Below, piece after piece: positions 47,089 through 55,879 of a DNA stretch of 61,033 bases. A program made the translations under genes and the position numbers. A model generated the notes under the pieces. That model did no database searches. It saw only the letters and a program-made list of their open reading frames with translations, and had not been told where the DNA came from. The stretch lies in assembly GCA_964634545.1 (NCBI GenBank), contig CAZWIW010000004.1, positions 1 to 61,033 of the forward strand, given 5' to 3'. Origin of the DNA: an uncultured Rubrivirga sp. (lineage in GTDB: Bacteria; Actinomycetota; Actinomycetes; S36-B12). Positions within the stretch are counted from its first letter, which is position 1; each line of letters opens with the position of its first letter.

Positions 47089-48192
47089 ATGCGAAAGTCT
47101 CGCGTTACGTTCGCAGCCAGCATGCTTGCTGCTGCAGCGCTGACTCTGGCCGCCTGCGGAGGGTCGGACGACTCCAGCAGCGCGGATGCAGGTGGCGAGG
47201 AAACCGCGGCCGAGGAGACGGTTGAAGAGACCGTCGAGGAATCGGGCGACGGAGAGGCCGCAGAGGAAGAGGCCGTTGACGCAAGTGACGGCCCCTTCGA
47301 GGTCTACGCACTGCTCCCGCAGGGCAACGACCAGCCATACGGCACCACCTACCTCCCCCCGATGGAGGAGAAGGCTGCTGAGCTCGGGATCAACCTGACG
47401 ATCACCAACTCCGAGTACGACGCGGACAAGCAAGCCAGTGAGTGCGAGGTTGCCGTAGCTGCGCAGCCCGATGGCATCATCCTCTGGCCGGCCGTGGCGG
47501 ACTCGATCCGTCCCTGCCTCGAGGCAGCGAACAACGCTGGTATCCCGGTGTGGATCACCAACGCTGACGTCAACCCCGAGGACACCGACCTCACCTTCGG
47601 CTACTCCGGCACCGATAGCTACGGCCAGGGCGCTGCCTCGGCCGAGATGATGTGCGAGTTCGCCGACGGCGCCGAGATCGGCGTTATCCAGGTGAACGGT
47701 CTGACCGGTAACTCGGTGGCGACCCTGCGCGGCAACGGCTTCAAGGAGACCGTCGCCGAGCTCTGCCCGAACGTGACCATCCTGGCCGAGCAGCCCGGCA
47801 ACTGGAACAAGGACGAGTCCCAGATCGCAGCATCGGAGATGCTGACCTCTGTGGGCCCGGACAACGTCCAGGGCATCTACGCCGCTGACGACACCATGGT
47901 CGCCGGTGCGATCGACGCCGCCAAGGCCCAGGGTCTGGACTTGGACGGCCTGATCGTTACCTCGATCGGTAACACCTTCCTCGGTAACCCGCTGGTCGAA
48001 GCCGGTGAGCTCGACGGCACCGTGTTCCAGTCCTCCTCGTGGGATGGCGAGAACGCTGTCGTGGGTATCTACCGCGCGATGACCGGCGACACCTCGCTCG
48101 GCCGTGACGACGAAGGTTCGGTGCTCTACATGCCGAACCCGAAGGTCACCATCCAGAACTGGGATGACCCCGCGGTCGCCCCAGAGTGGTAA
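47089..48192 (+). CDS. Sugar ABC transporter substrate-binding lipoprotein (periplasmic-binding-protein type I, RbsB-like)
   Basis: Lipobox LTLAACGG after MRKSRVTFAASMLAAAA, an acidic low-complexity linker, then a PBP type I fold. Confidence 0.85.
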   Translation: MRKSRVTFAASMLAAAALTLAACGGSDDSSSADAGGEETAAEETVEETVEESGDGEAAEEEAVDASDGPFEVYALLPQGNDQPYGTTYLPPMEEKAAELGINLTITNSEYDADKQASECEVAVAAQPDGIILWPAVADSIRPCLEAANNAGIPVWITNADVNPEDTDLTFGYSGTDSYGQGAASAEMMCEFADGAEIGVIQVNGLTGNSVATLRGNGFKETVAELCPNVTILAEQPGNWNKDESQIAASEMLTSVGPDNVQGIYAADDTMVAGAIDAAKAQGLDLDGLIVTSIGNTFLGNPLVEAGELDGTVFQSSSWDGENAVVGIYRAMTGDTSLGRDDEGSVLYMPNPKVTIQNWDDPAVAPEW

Positions 48193-48335
48193 ATCGACGC
48201 TAGACGCCTCGTCCTTTCGATGAGGTCGACCCCGGGGTGGGCGGGCTCCTCCCCGTCCACCCCGCGGGTCAGCGTCACGTGCGCAGTTCTCCCCGTTAAT
48301 CCCTTCATCCGTCTCGTTAGGAGTTGACACCCGAA

Positions 48336-49613
48336 ATGGGTTCACCAAGCCATCCGCAATCGGCCCGTGAGTTCGCGCAGACCTCGATTGCCGCACCGGG
48401 CATCATCGGTGTCGATTGGGAGGAGCGCGTCGATTTCAATCGCTTGCGTGACTATCGGTTGCAGCGGGCGCGTCAAGCCCTGGACGCCAGCGATCTGGGC
48501 GCGTTGTTGGTTTTCGAGACTTCGAACATTCGCTACCTCACCGCCACCCATATCGGGACGTGGGGCTACAACAAGACAGAACGCTGGGCGCTGCTGACGC
48601 GCACCGGTGAGCCGTGGATCTGGGACTTCGGTTCGGCGGCCAAGAACCACCGCCTGCACTCGCCGTGGCTCAAACCAGATCAATCCCACGGGGGTAACAA
48701 CGGCCTGCAGGGCGCGATCTCTCCCACCTCAGGACTCCCGACGGGCACCGCGCAGCAGATCGCCGAGATCTTGCGCGATGAGGGTGTCGCGGGAATGCCG
48801 CTGGGCGTTGACGTCATCGAGATGCCGATGCTGCGTGAACTCGAAGCCGCCGGCATCGATGTCCGCGACGGACAGCAGGTGATGCTCGATGCGCGTGAGA
48901 TCAAGAACCAGGATGAGATCTTGCTCCTTAGCCAGGCGGCCTCGATGGTCGACGGTGTATACCAGGACATCTACGAGTTCTTGAAGCCCGGTGTGCGCGA
49001 GAGCGATGTTGCCGCCCTGGCGACCCATCGTCTCTTGGAGATGGGTTCGGAGCAGGTCGAGGCGATCAACTCGATCGCCGGCGAGCGCTGCAGCCCCCAC
49101 CCGCATGTCTTTTCCGACCGCCTGATCCGCCCGGGTGATCAGGCCTACTTCGACATCATCCACGCCTTCAACGGCTATCGGACCTGCTACTACCGCACGT
49201 TCGCTGTCGGTCGGGCGACCACCGCGCACCGTGATGCCTACAAGAAGGCCCGCGAACTCATCGACTCCGCGATCGATCTCGTGCGCCCGGGCATGACCAC
49301 CGATCGCATCGCACAACTGTGGCCCAAGGCCGAGGAATTCGGCTTCTCCTCGGAGATGGAAGCCTTCGGCCTGCAGTTCGGTCACGGTCTAGGCCTCGGT
49401 CTGCACGAGCGTCCGGTGATCAGCCGACTGAATTCCCTGGAGAACCCGGTCGAGATCAAGGCCGGCATGGTCTTCGCACTCGAGACCTACTGGCCAGCCG
49501 ATGATGGTCACTCGGCGGCCCGGATCGAGGAAGAGCTCGTCGTTACCGAAGATGGTGCGGAGTTACTCACCCTCTTCCCGGCGGAGGAGCTCGTCGTCAC
49601 CAACGCGTACTAG
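48336..49613 (+). CDS. M24-family (creatinase/prolidase/DddP-like pita-bread fold) hydrolase with a non-canonical metal site
   Basis: The creatinase_N-like N-terminus is LLVFETSNIRYLT. The pita-bread domain has FDIIHAFNGYRTCYYRTF, GHGLGLGLHE, ALETYW and IEEELVVTEDG. Start is ATG 48336 or TTG 48324. Confidence 0.8.
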   Translation: MGSPSHPQSAREFAQTSIAAPGIIGVDWEERVDFNRLRDYRLQRARQALDASDLGALLVFETSNIRYLTATHIGTWGYNKTERWALLTRTGEPWIWDFGSAAKNHRLHSPWLKPDQSHGGNNGLQGAISPTSGLPTGTAQQIAEILRDEGVAGMPLGVDVIEMPMLRELEAAGIDVRDGQQVMLDAREIKNQDEILLLSQAASMVDGVYQDIYEFLKPGVRESDVAALATHRLLEMGSEQVEAINSIAGERCSPHPHVFSDRLIRPGDQAYFDIIHAFNGYRTCYYRTFAVGRATTAHRDAYKKARELIDSAIDLVRPGMTTDRIAQLWPKAEEFGFSSEMEAFGLQFGHGLGLGLHERPVISRLNSLENPVEIKAGMVFALETYWPADDGHSAARIEEELVVTEDGAELLTLFPAEELVVTNAY

Positions 49614-49675
49614 GGCGCAGCAGCACTCTCGCTACCCTTGGAACCCTTGCGCTAAAACCTGGAAGGACTCCACGC

Positions 49676-51118
49676 ATGACAACGACCCTGCCCGAGCGGA
49701 CTCCGACCGGATTGTTGATCGGTGGCGAATGGCTGCAAACTGCCGCTCACCTGGACGTGATCAACCCGGCCACCCTCGGTTCGCTTGCTGAGATCGGCGA
49801 CGCAACTCCCCAAGAGGGCCTGCAAGCCGTTGGTGCGGCGTACGACGCCTTCCAAACGTGGGGTGTGTCCTCGGCTCGTTCGCGTGCGGAAATCCTGCGC
49901 AAGGCGTTCGACATCATGACCGCGGAGATCGAAGATTGCGCTCGCTTGATCGCCCTGGAGAATGGCAAGGCCTGGGGCGATGCCATGGGTGAGTCGCTAT
50001 ACGCAGCGGAGTTCTTCCGGTGGTTCTCCGAAGAAGCCGCGCATGTGCAAGGCGACTTCCGATACGGCCCCAACGGCGATAAAACCATCATCACGGACTA
50101 CCGCCCCATGGGTGTGGCCTACATGATCACGCCCTGGAATTTCCCGGCGGCGATGGCCACTCGCAAGCTCGCCCCGGCTCTGGCTGCGGGTTGCACTGCG
50201 GTCCTGAAGCCGGCAGCGGAGACTCCGCTGACAGCTTTGTGGGTTGCCGATGTCCTCGAACGCGCGGGTGCGCCAGCGGGTGTGGTCAACGTGGTCACCA
50301 CATCGAAGTCCGGACCGGTGTCCGAAGCGATTCTCGCCGATCCTCGCGTTGCCACTCTCTCCTTCACCGGCTCGACCTATGTCGGCAAGTTGCTTCTCGA
50401 CCAGACCGCCAAGCGCGTACTCCCGTCGTCCATGGAACTCGGTGGCAACGCACCTTTCCTGGTGCTCGAAGGCGCCGATGTCGACAAGGCTGTGGAAGGT
50501 GCGATGGTCGCCAAGATGCGCAATGGCGGCGCTGCCTGTACTGCCGCCAATCGGTTCTATGTGCACGCCTCGGTCGCCGAGGAGTTTGCGACGAAGTTCG
50601 AAGCCGCACTGCGTGGGCTCAAGATCGGCCCGGGCATCGATAGGGACAACCAGCTTGGTGCGATGGTCTCGGTCAAGGAGCGCGACAAGATCCTGGAGAT
50701 CGTGCAAGGCGCCGAATCCGAAGGCAGTCAGGTGACAGCGGTAAGCGAGGTTCCCGGTGACGGCGCCTTCATCTCACCGTATTTGGTGCGTGGCGTGCAG
50801 CACGGTTCGTCGCTGACCAAGAACGAGATCTTCGGTCCGGTCGCACCGATCGTTACCTTCGAGGATCAGGCCGAGGCGATCCGGATGGCCAACGACACCG
50901 AATACGGCCTGATCTCCTACGTATTCGCCAAGGACGCCGGCGAGGGCATCAAGGTTGCCCGGCAGATGGAATCGGGAATGGTGGCCATCAACCGGGGGAT
51001 CGCTTCGGACCCGGCGGCCTCGTTCGGTGGCATGAAGGAATCCGGCCTCGGCCGCGAGGGCGGATTCGACGGCATCCACGAGTTCCTCGAAACCCAGTAC
51101 TTCGCCGTCGACCTCTAA
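49676..51118 (+). CDS. NAD(P)-dependent (succinate-)semialdehyde dehydrogenase, GabD-like
   Basis: 480 aa with MELGGNAP, the catalytic Cys region RNGGAACTAANRF and EIFGPV. Confidence 0.9.
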   Translation: MTTTLPERTPTGLLIGGEWLQTAAHLDVINPATLGSLAEIGDATPQEGLQAVGAAYDAFQTWGVSSARSRAEILRKAFDIMTAEIEDCARLIALENGKAWGDAMGESLYAAEFFRWFSEEAAHVQGDFRYGPNGDKTIITDYRPMGVAYMITPWNFPAAMATRKLAPALAAGCTAVLKPAAETPLTALWVADVLERAGAPAGVVNVVTTSKSGPVSEAILADPRVATLSFTGSTYVGKLLLDQTAKRVLPSSMELGGNAPFLVLEGADVDKAVEGAMVAKMRNGGAACTAANRFYVHASVAEEFATKFEAALRGLKIGPGIDRDNQLGAMVSVKERDKILEIVQGAESEGSQVTAVSEVPGDGAFISPYLVRGVQHGSSLTKNEIFGPVAPIVTFEDQAEAIRMANDTEYGLISYVFAKDAGEGIKVARQMESGMVAINRGIASDPAASFGGMKESGLGREGGFDGIHEFLETQYFAVDL

Positions 51119-51138
51119 TCCCGACCTGGCAGTTTCCG

Positions 51139-51204
51139 AAGGTCGACTTCGCGGATTCTTGAGGTTGACTTCGCAGATTCCCAGGGTTGACTTGCCGGTC
51201 TCCG
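51139..51204. repeat. 3 x 22-bp imperfect tandem direct repeat between convergent genes
   Basis: The units are aaggtcgacttcgcggattctt, gaggttgacttcgcagattccc and agggttgacttgccggtctccg. Identity is 17/22 and 14/22 between neighbours. The conserved core is GGTYGACTT. Confidence 0.75.
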
Positions 51205-51223
51205 AAGAGACGACGAAAGTGGA

Positions 51224-52027
51224 TTATTGGCCGATGACCGGGAATTTCTCGTACGGCTGGCCGAGTGCTTCGGGGCCGAGCGCGCTATAGCCACCGTCGA
51301 CGGGGATATCCGCACCAGTCATGAATGACGCCCCGGACGAGCAGGCGTAGCAGATGGCGTCGGCGATCTCCTCCGGCTCGGCCATGCGACGGATCGCCTG
51401 GAATTCACCAGCGAAGGCATCGGCGTACTCACGGGTGCCGTAACGACGCTCCAAGTTCCGGCTCCACGTCCAACCGGGCGAAACGCTGTTGATGCGGATG
51501 CCCAGTGGGGCCAGCGCCTGCGACAAGTTGCGGTTCAAGCCCAGCAGCGCGGTCTTGGTAACCGGGTACACCAGACGGTTCGGCTGTGAGGACTTCCCGG
51601 ATACCGAGGTAACGATGACGGCCGCCCCCGCGCCGCGTTGCTGCATGAGCGGCACCGCTTTCTCGATGAACATGGCCGCTGATGCGACGTTCACATCCAA
51701 CGCGGTTCGCCAGTTCTCTCGCGTGGTGTCCAAATATCCGCAGGCGAAAGTGGTGTGCGCGCTGACTACATAGTCAACCCCACCGAAGCTCTCGACCGCT
51801 GTACCCAAGAGCGCATCGAGCTCGGCATCGGAGGTGACGTCGGTCTTCACGAACCGGCCGTTGTCACCGAGATCGGCCAGTAGCGCATCGGCGTACTCGT
51901 CCTGTAGATCCCCGAGCACAACCCGGCCGCCGTTGGCGACGAACTGGCGGGCAAGTGCTTCGACGATGAGCGAAGCACCACCGGTCGCGACGAGGACCTT
52001 GCCCGCGAACTCCGGATACAGCGCCAC
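51224..52027 (-). CDS. SDR-family oxidoreductase with a divergent cofactor-binding motif
   Basis: The YxxxK motif is VYPVTK and the Ser is in VTSVSG. The Gly-rich motif reads ATGGASLIV instead of TGxxxGxG. The GTG start lies 2 nt after the iolD stop. Confidence 0.8.
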   Translation of the reverse strand: MALYPEFAGKVLVATGGASLIVEALARQFVANGGRVVLGDLQDEYADALLADLGDNGRFVKTDVTSDAELDALLGTAVESFGGVDYVVSAHTTFACGYLDTTRENWRTALDVNVASAAMFIEKAVPLMQQRGAGAAVIVTSVSGKSSQPNRLVYPVTKTALLGLNRNLSQALAPLGIRINSVSPGWTWSRNLERRYGTREYADAFAGEFQAIRRMAEPEEIADAICYACSSGASFMTGADIPVDGGYSALGPEALGQPYEKFPVIGQ

Positions 52028-52029
52028 GA

Positions 52030-53871
52030 CTAGATCCCGATGCGCTGGTGCTTGGACTCGGCCTCGTAGCTAGCCCGGGCGGTGCGGACCTCGGCCCGGT
52101 TGCTGACCTCCGGCACGCCGACCTCCCACCAGGTGCCGCCGCCAACCCATTCGTACTGGGCGACATCGATGACGATCACGTAGGTCTTGTCCGATGCCTT
52201 GGCGCGTGCGTAGGCCGCAGGGATGTCGTCCAACGATTCGACTTTCTCTGCCGTGGCACCCATCGATGCAGCATGCGCCACGAAGTCGATCTTGGTCATG
52301 GTTGTGTGCTTCGTGGTTCGCAGCAGGTTGTTGAACTCTTCGCCACCTTGGTTCACCTGCAGGCGGTTGATGACGGCGAAACCCTCGTTGTCGCACACGA
52401 AGTAGATGACCTTGTTGCCGGTCATCACGCTGGCGTAGATATCGCTGTTCATCATCATGTAGGAGCCATCGCCCACCCAGGACACGACGTCGCGATCCGG
52501 TAGCGCCATCTTCGCGCCAACCGCACCGGCTATCTCGTAGCCCATGCAGGAGAAGCCGAACTCGACATCGAAGGTGTTGGGCGCCTTGGTGCGCCAACCG
52601 GCGAATAGTTCGCCGGGCAGACCACCTGCCGCAGAGAGCATGTAGTCGCTGTCATCGCACACCTGGTGGACCCGTTGGATCACCTGGTTGTAGGAAGGCG
52701 GATCGCTCACCGCTTGGCCGATGGCATCGAGGTGCTCGTTCCACTTCGCCTTCTCCGCCTGCGCACGCGCCAGCCATTCCGTTGGTGCGGCGTAGTCTCC
52801 GAGCTTCGCGTCGATCTGCTGCAGCGAGATGTCGGCATCGGCTATCACCGAGGTCGCGTTTTGCTTCATTGCGTCCCAGCGCTGGGCGTTGAGCGCGACG
52901 ATCTTCACGTTCGGATCCTTGAACAGCGCCCAGGAGCCAGTGGTGAAGTCCTGCAACTTGGTGCCGACGGCGATCACGACATCGGCGTCTTCGGCGATGG
53001 CGTTGGAGCAGGCATCGCCGGCGATGCCCAACGATCCTGCGTAGTTCGGATTCGAATCGACGAGTGCACCCTTGCCGGCGAACGTCTCTACGACTGGGAT
53101 GTTCCGCTTCGCAGCGAAATCGGTGAGGGTGTCGATGGCCCCGGAGTACAAGACACCGCCGCCGGAGATGATCAGCGGTTTCTTGGCGCCGGCGATCACC
53201 GACGCAGCCGTCTCGATCTCCCGGGGGTCGGCTTGCGGCCGGCGGATGTAGTGGATCTTCTCCTCGAAGAAGTTCGCCGGGTAGTCGTACGCCTCAGCTT
53301 GCACATCCTGCGGGAGGGCGATGAAGGCGGGGCCGCAGTCGGCGGGGTCGAGCATCACCGCGAGGGCCTGGGGGAGTGACTTCACCAACTGCTCGGGCTT
53401 CATGATCCGATCCCAGAAGCGAGTGACGGGCTTGAAAGTATCGGCAGCGGTCACAGTTGGATCGTTGAACTGTTCGACCTGCTGCAGCACCGGATCCACG
53501 ATGCGGTGGGCGAAGGTGTCTCCGCTGAGTAGGAGGACCGGCAGCCGGTTGGTGATCGCCACTCCGGCGGCAGTGACCATGTTCGTGCTGCCAGGTCCGA
53601 TCGAGGAGGTGGCCACCATGATCTGCTTGCGCCGCATCGCCTTGGCGTAGCCGATCGCCGAGAGCGCCATGGACTGTTCGTTGTGTCCACGCCACGTCGG
53701 AAAGGTGTCCTTGACCTCGGCGAGTGCTTCGGCCAGCGCCGTGACATTGCCGTGGCCGAAGATGCCGAAGGCGCCGGGGAACAAGGGGACGACCTCGCCG
53801 TCGATCTCGGTTTTTTGGGCGGTGAGCCAGCGGACTAGGGCCTGGGCCATGGTCAGTCGGACTGTTTCCAC
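52030..53871 (-). CDS. iolD: 3D-(3,5/4)-trihydroxycyclohexane-1,2-dione acylhydrolase (TPP-dependent, IolD)
   Basis: There is end-to-end resemblance to IolD: VRLTMAQALVRWL, FGIFGHGNV, SSIGPGSTNMVTAAG, DPVLQQVEQF and VGTKLQDFTTGSWALF. I prefer the GTG at 53871 (gaggag, 6-nt spacer). The longest ORF extends to GTG 53937. Confidence 0.9.
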   Translation of the reverse strand: METVRLTMAQALVRWLTAQKTEIDGEVVPLFPGAFGIFGHGNVTALAEALAEVKDTFPTWRGHNEQSMALSAIGYAKAMRRKQIMVATSSIGPGSTNMVTAAGVAITNRLPVLLLSGDTFAHRIVDPVLQQVEQFNDPTVTAADTFKPVTRFWDRIMKPEQLVKSLPQALAVMLDPADCGPAFIALPQDVQAEAYDYPANFFEEKIHYIRRPQADPREIETAASVIAGAKKPLIISGGGVLYSGAIDTLTDFAAKRNIPVVETFAGKGALVDSNPNYAGSLGIAGDACSNAIAEDADVVIAVGTKLQDFTTGSWALFKDPNVKIVALNAQRWDAMKQNATSVIADADISLQQIDAKLGDYAAPTEWLARAQAEKAKWNEHLDAIGQAVSDPPSYNQVIQRVHQVCDDSDYMLSAAGGLPGELFAGWRTKAPNTFDVEFGFSCMGYEIAGAVGAKMALPDRDVVSWVGDGSYMMMNSDIYASVMTGNKVIYFVCDNEGFAVINRLQVNQGGEEFNNLLRTTKHTTMTKIDFVAHAASMGATAEKVESLDDIPAAYARAKASDKTYVIVIDVAQYEWVGGGTWWEVGVPEVSNRAEVRTARASYEAESKHQRIGI

Positions 53872-53989
53872 GACGGTCTCCTCTGCGCGAAGTCGGGTGT
53901 TGTCTGCAAGGACTAGCGGTCCCGCGGTGTCGGGCACTAACCTGAGTGATCCTACGAGTTGGCACGTTCCAACGCGGGGCGAGGATTAC

Positions 53990-54003
53990 TCTACGCGTGT
54001 AGA
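53990..54003. promoter_or_regulatory. 14-bp near-palindrome TCTACGCGTGTAGA in the iolD/iolE divergent region, a candidate LacI-family operator (site 1)
   Basis: It is identical to the 14-mer at 57819..57832. The half-sites are TCTACGC and TCTACAC around a central CG. Confidence 0.55.
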
Positions 54004-54078
54004 TACCTGATGTGAAGATGTTCCGGATTTTCGGGCACGAAGGACGTTCACGTGGCCGACGAGTGCAGGAGGAAGTCG

Positions 54079-54969
54079 ATGAGCGACATGCTGAGCCGGG
54101 TTGCCGGTGCGCCGATCACCTGGGGGGCCGACGCCTCCGAAGGTTGGGGCTACTTGATGGATCCCAAGCGGGTGATGGCCGAAATGCGCGAAGCTGGCTT
54201 AAGCGCCACCGAACTCGGACCCGACGGCTTCTTGCCCACCGACCCAGACGAACTCAAGGATTTCGTGGCCGGCTACGACATGTCCATGGTCGGCGGATTC
54301 GTCCCGGCGATCCTCTACCAAGACAAGGACATCGACGCCCAACTCGAGTACGTCGGGCGGGCGAGCGATCAGTTGGCCGCCGCCGGTGCCTCCAATGTGG
54401 TGCTTGGCCCCCGCTCGCACTACGACGGCTACGACACCGAGATCGATATGGATGACGATCAGTGGGAGATTTTTCTGCGCAATCTTCGCCGCTTCCAAGA
54501 CACCACCGAGGCGCGCGGGCTGAACACCGCACTGCATCCGCACTGGGGGATGGCCATCTCGCGCCAGAACCAGGTCGATCGGTTGCTGAAAACTTGCGAC
54601 GTAGGCATGTGTGTGGACACCGGCCATCTGTTCTTGTCGGGAGTGGATCCCCTGCAGGTCGTGAAGGATGCCGGCGATCGCGTGTTGCACGTACACATCA
54701 AGGATCTGACGAACGACATGGCTGAGAAGGTCAGGGCTGGCGAAGTTCCCTTCCGGCAGGCCACAATCGAGGGCATGTTCGTACCTGCGGGATCAGGTGA
54801 TGTCGACATCGCCGGAGTGGTCAAGTACCTCGAGGGCCGCGGCTACCAGGGCTGGTACGTGCTCGAGCAGGACTGCTCCCTCACCGGCGATCCAGAGCCG
54901 GGCACCGGTCCGATCGAGGATGCCAAGGCGAGCGTGGAGTTCCTGCGGAAGGTCTCCGAGGAATTGTGA
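54079..54969 (+). CDS. iolE: Xylose-isomerase-like TIM-barrel protein, inosose dehydratase (IolE)-like
   Basis: The pattern is shared with IolE: APITWG, VDTGHLFLSG, HVHIKD, GMFVPAGSGDVD and GWYVLEQD. The ATG at 54079 is preceded by aggagg with a 6-nt spacer. Confidence 0.78.
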   Translation: MSDMLSRVAGAPITWGADASEGWGYLMDPKRVMAEMREAGLSATELGPDGFLPTDPDELKDFVAGYDMSMVGGFVPAILYQDKDIDAQLEYVGRASDQLAAAGASNVVLGPRSHYDGYDTEIDMDDDQWEIFLRNLRRFQDTTEARGLNTALHPHWGMAISRQNQVDRLLKTCDVGMCVDTGHLFLSGVDPLQVVKDAGDRVLHVHIKDLTNDMAEKVRAGEVPFRQATIEGMFVPAGSGDVDIAGVVKYLEGRGYQGWYVLEQDCSLTGDPEPGTGPIEDAKASVEFLRKVSEEL

Positions 54970-55859
54970 CTCCCGGAGTCGAGATCCTTTGTGACCACCG
55001 GGCCAAGCTCGGTGAGTCTCCGGTGTGGTCGGAGCGGGACTCGGCGCTGTACTGGGTGGATGTCGATGGGCAGAGCATCCAGCGCCTCGACTGGGCGAGC
55101 GGGCAAGCCGACTCCTGGTCGATGCCCGGTCGCCCGTCGTGCGTTGCGGCGACAGATCGCCCAGGGGTGTTCGTCGTCGGCCTCGGTGCCGGCTTAATCG
55201 AGTACCACTCGGCCACAGGTGAGTGGCAAGAGTTGGTCGCGCTGGAATCCACCGAGGGCGTTCGCATGAACGACGGACGCCCGGATCCCACGGGGCGGAT
55301 GTGGATCGGGTCGATGGACGAGCGTTCCGATGATGCGCCCGGTTTCCCTGCCGGACATTTATTCGTGGTCGACAGGGATGGCTCGTCGCTGACTTTCATC
55401 GATGGCGTAGCGACTTCCAACGGATTGGCTTTCGCACCCGATGGTCAAACCATGTACTGGACCGACACTCACGAACAGGTGATCTGGGCTTTCGATTACG
55501 ACCTCGATACGGCAGCGGCGACGAATCGGCGACCGCTGTTCGACTTCGGTCCGCTGACCGGCAAGCCGGATGGTGCCTGTGTCGACCAAGACGGGTGCTA
55601 CTGGGCGGCATGCGTGTACGGATGGTCGGTGGTGCGCATCACGCCAGACGGACGCTTGGATCGCACCATCGAATTGCCCGTCGAGAAGCCGTCGATGCCC
55701 GCCTTCGCTGGCCCCGATCTCGACACCTTGGTGGTCACGTCGATCAGTTCCGGTGGTCGTCGCCCGGCAGCTCCTGGTCAACCCGACGCGGGAGCGGTGC
55801 TGGCGATCAACCCGGGAGTGCGCGGCCTCATCGAGCCGATGGCGCGCATCTCGATCTAG
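54966..55859 (+). CDS. SMP-30/gluconolactonase/LRE-family lactonase
   Basis: LGESPVWSERDSALYWVDV, RMNDGRPDPTGRMW, SNGLAFAPDG and KPDGACVDQDG are six-bladed propeller motifs. There is a 4-nt overlap with the iolE-like gene. Confidence 0.85.
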   Translation: MTPGVEILCDHRAKLGESPVWSERDSALYWVDVDGQSIQRLDWASGQADSWSMPGRPSCVAATDRPGVFVVGLGAGLIEYHSATGEWQELVALESTEGVRMNDGRPDPTGRMWIGSMDERSDDAPGFPAGHLFVVDRDGSSLTFIDGVATSNGLAFAPDGQTMYWTDTHEQVIWAFDYDLDTAAATNRRPLFDFGPLTGKPDGACVDQDGCYWAACVYGWSVVRITPDGRLDRTIELPVEKPSMPAFAGPDLDTLVVTSISSGGRRPAAPGQPDAGAVLAINPGVRGLIEPMARISI

Positions 55860-55879
55860 TGCGATCTCTAGTACGTTCT

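Noticed and set aside
47020-48396. 458-aa minus-strand ORF opposite the sugar-binding lipoprotein. The same class includes 31253..32644, 43399..44568, 57020..58255, 7689..8861, 42115..43128 and 32575..33570.
   Set aside because: All are antisense or out-of-frame overlaps of genes with clear family signatures. They are rich in Arg/Gly/Asp/His and lack any domain pattern, so I treat them as non-coding.
55860-55879. AT-rich inverted repeat agtac...gtact between the lactonase and aldolase genes, considered as a terminator
   Set aside because: The arms are only 5-6 bp and AT-rich with a 10-nt loop, so it would be thermodynamically weak. I am not confident enough to annotate it.
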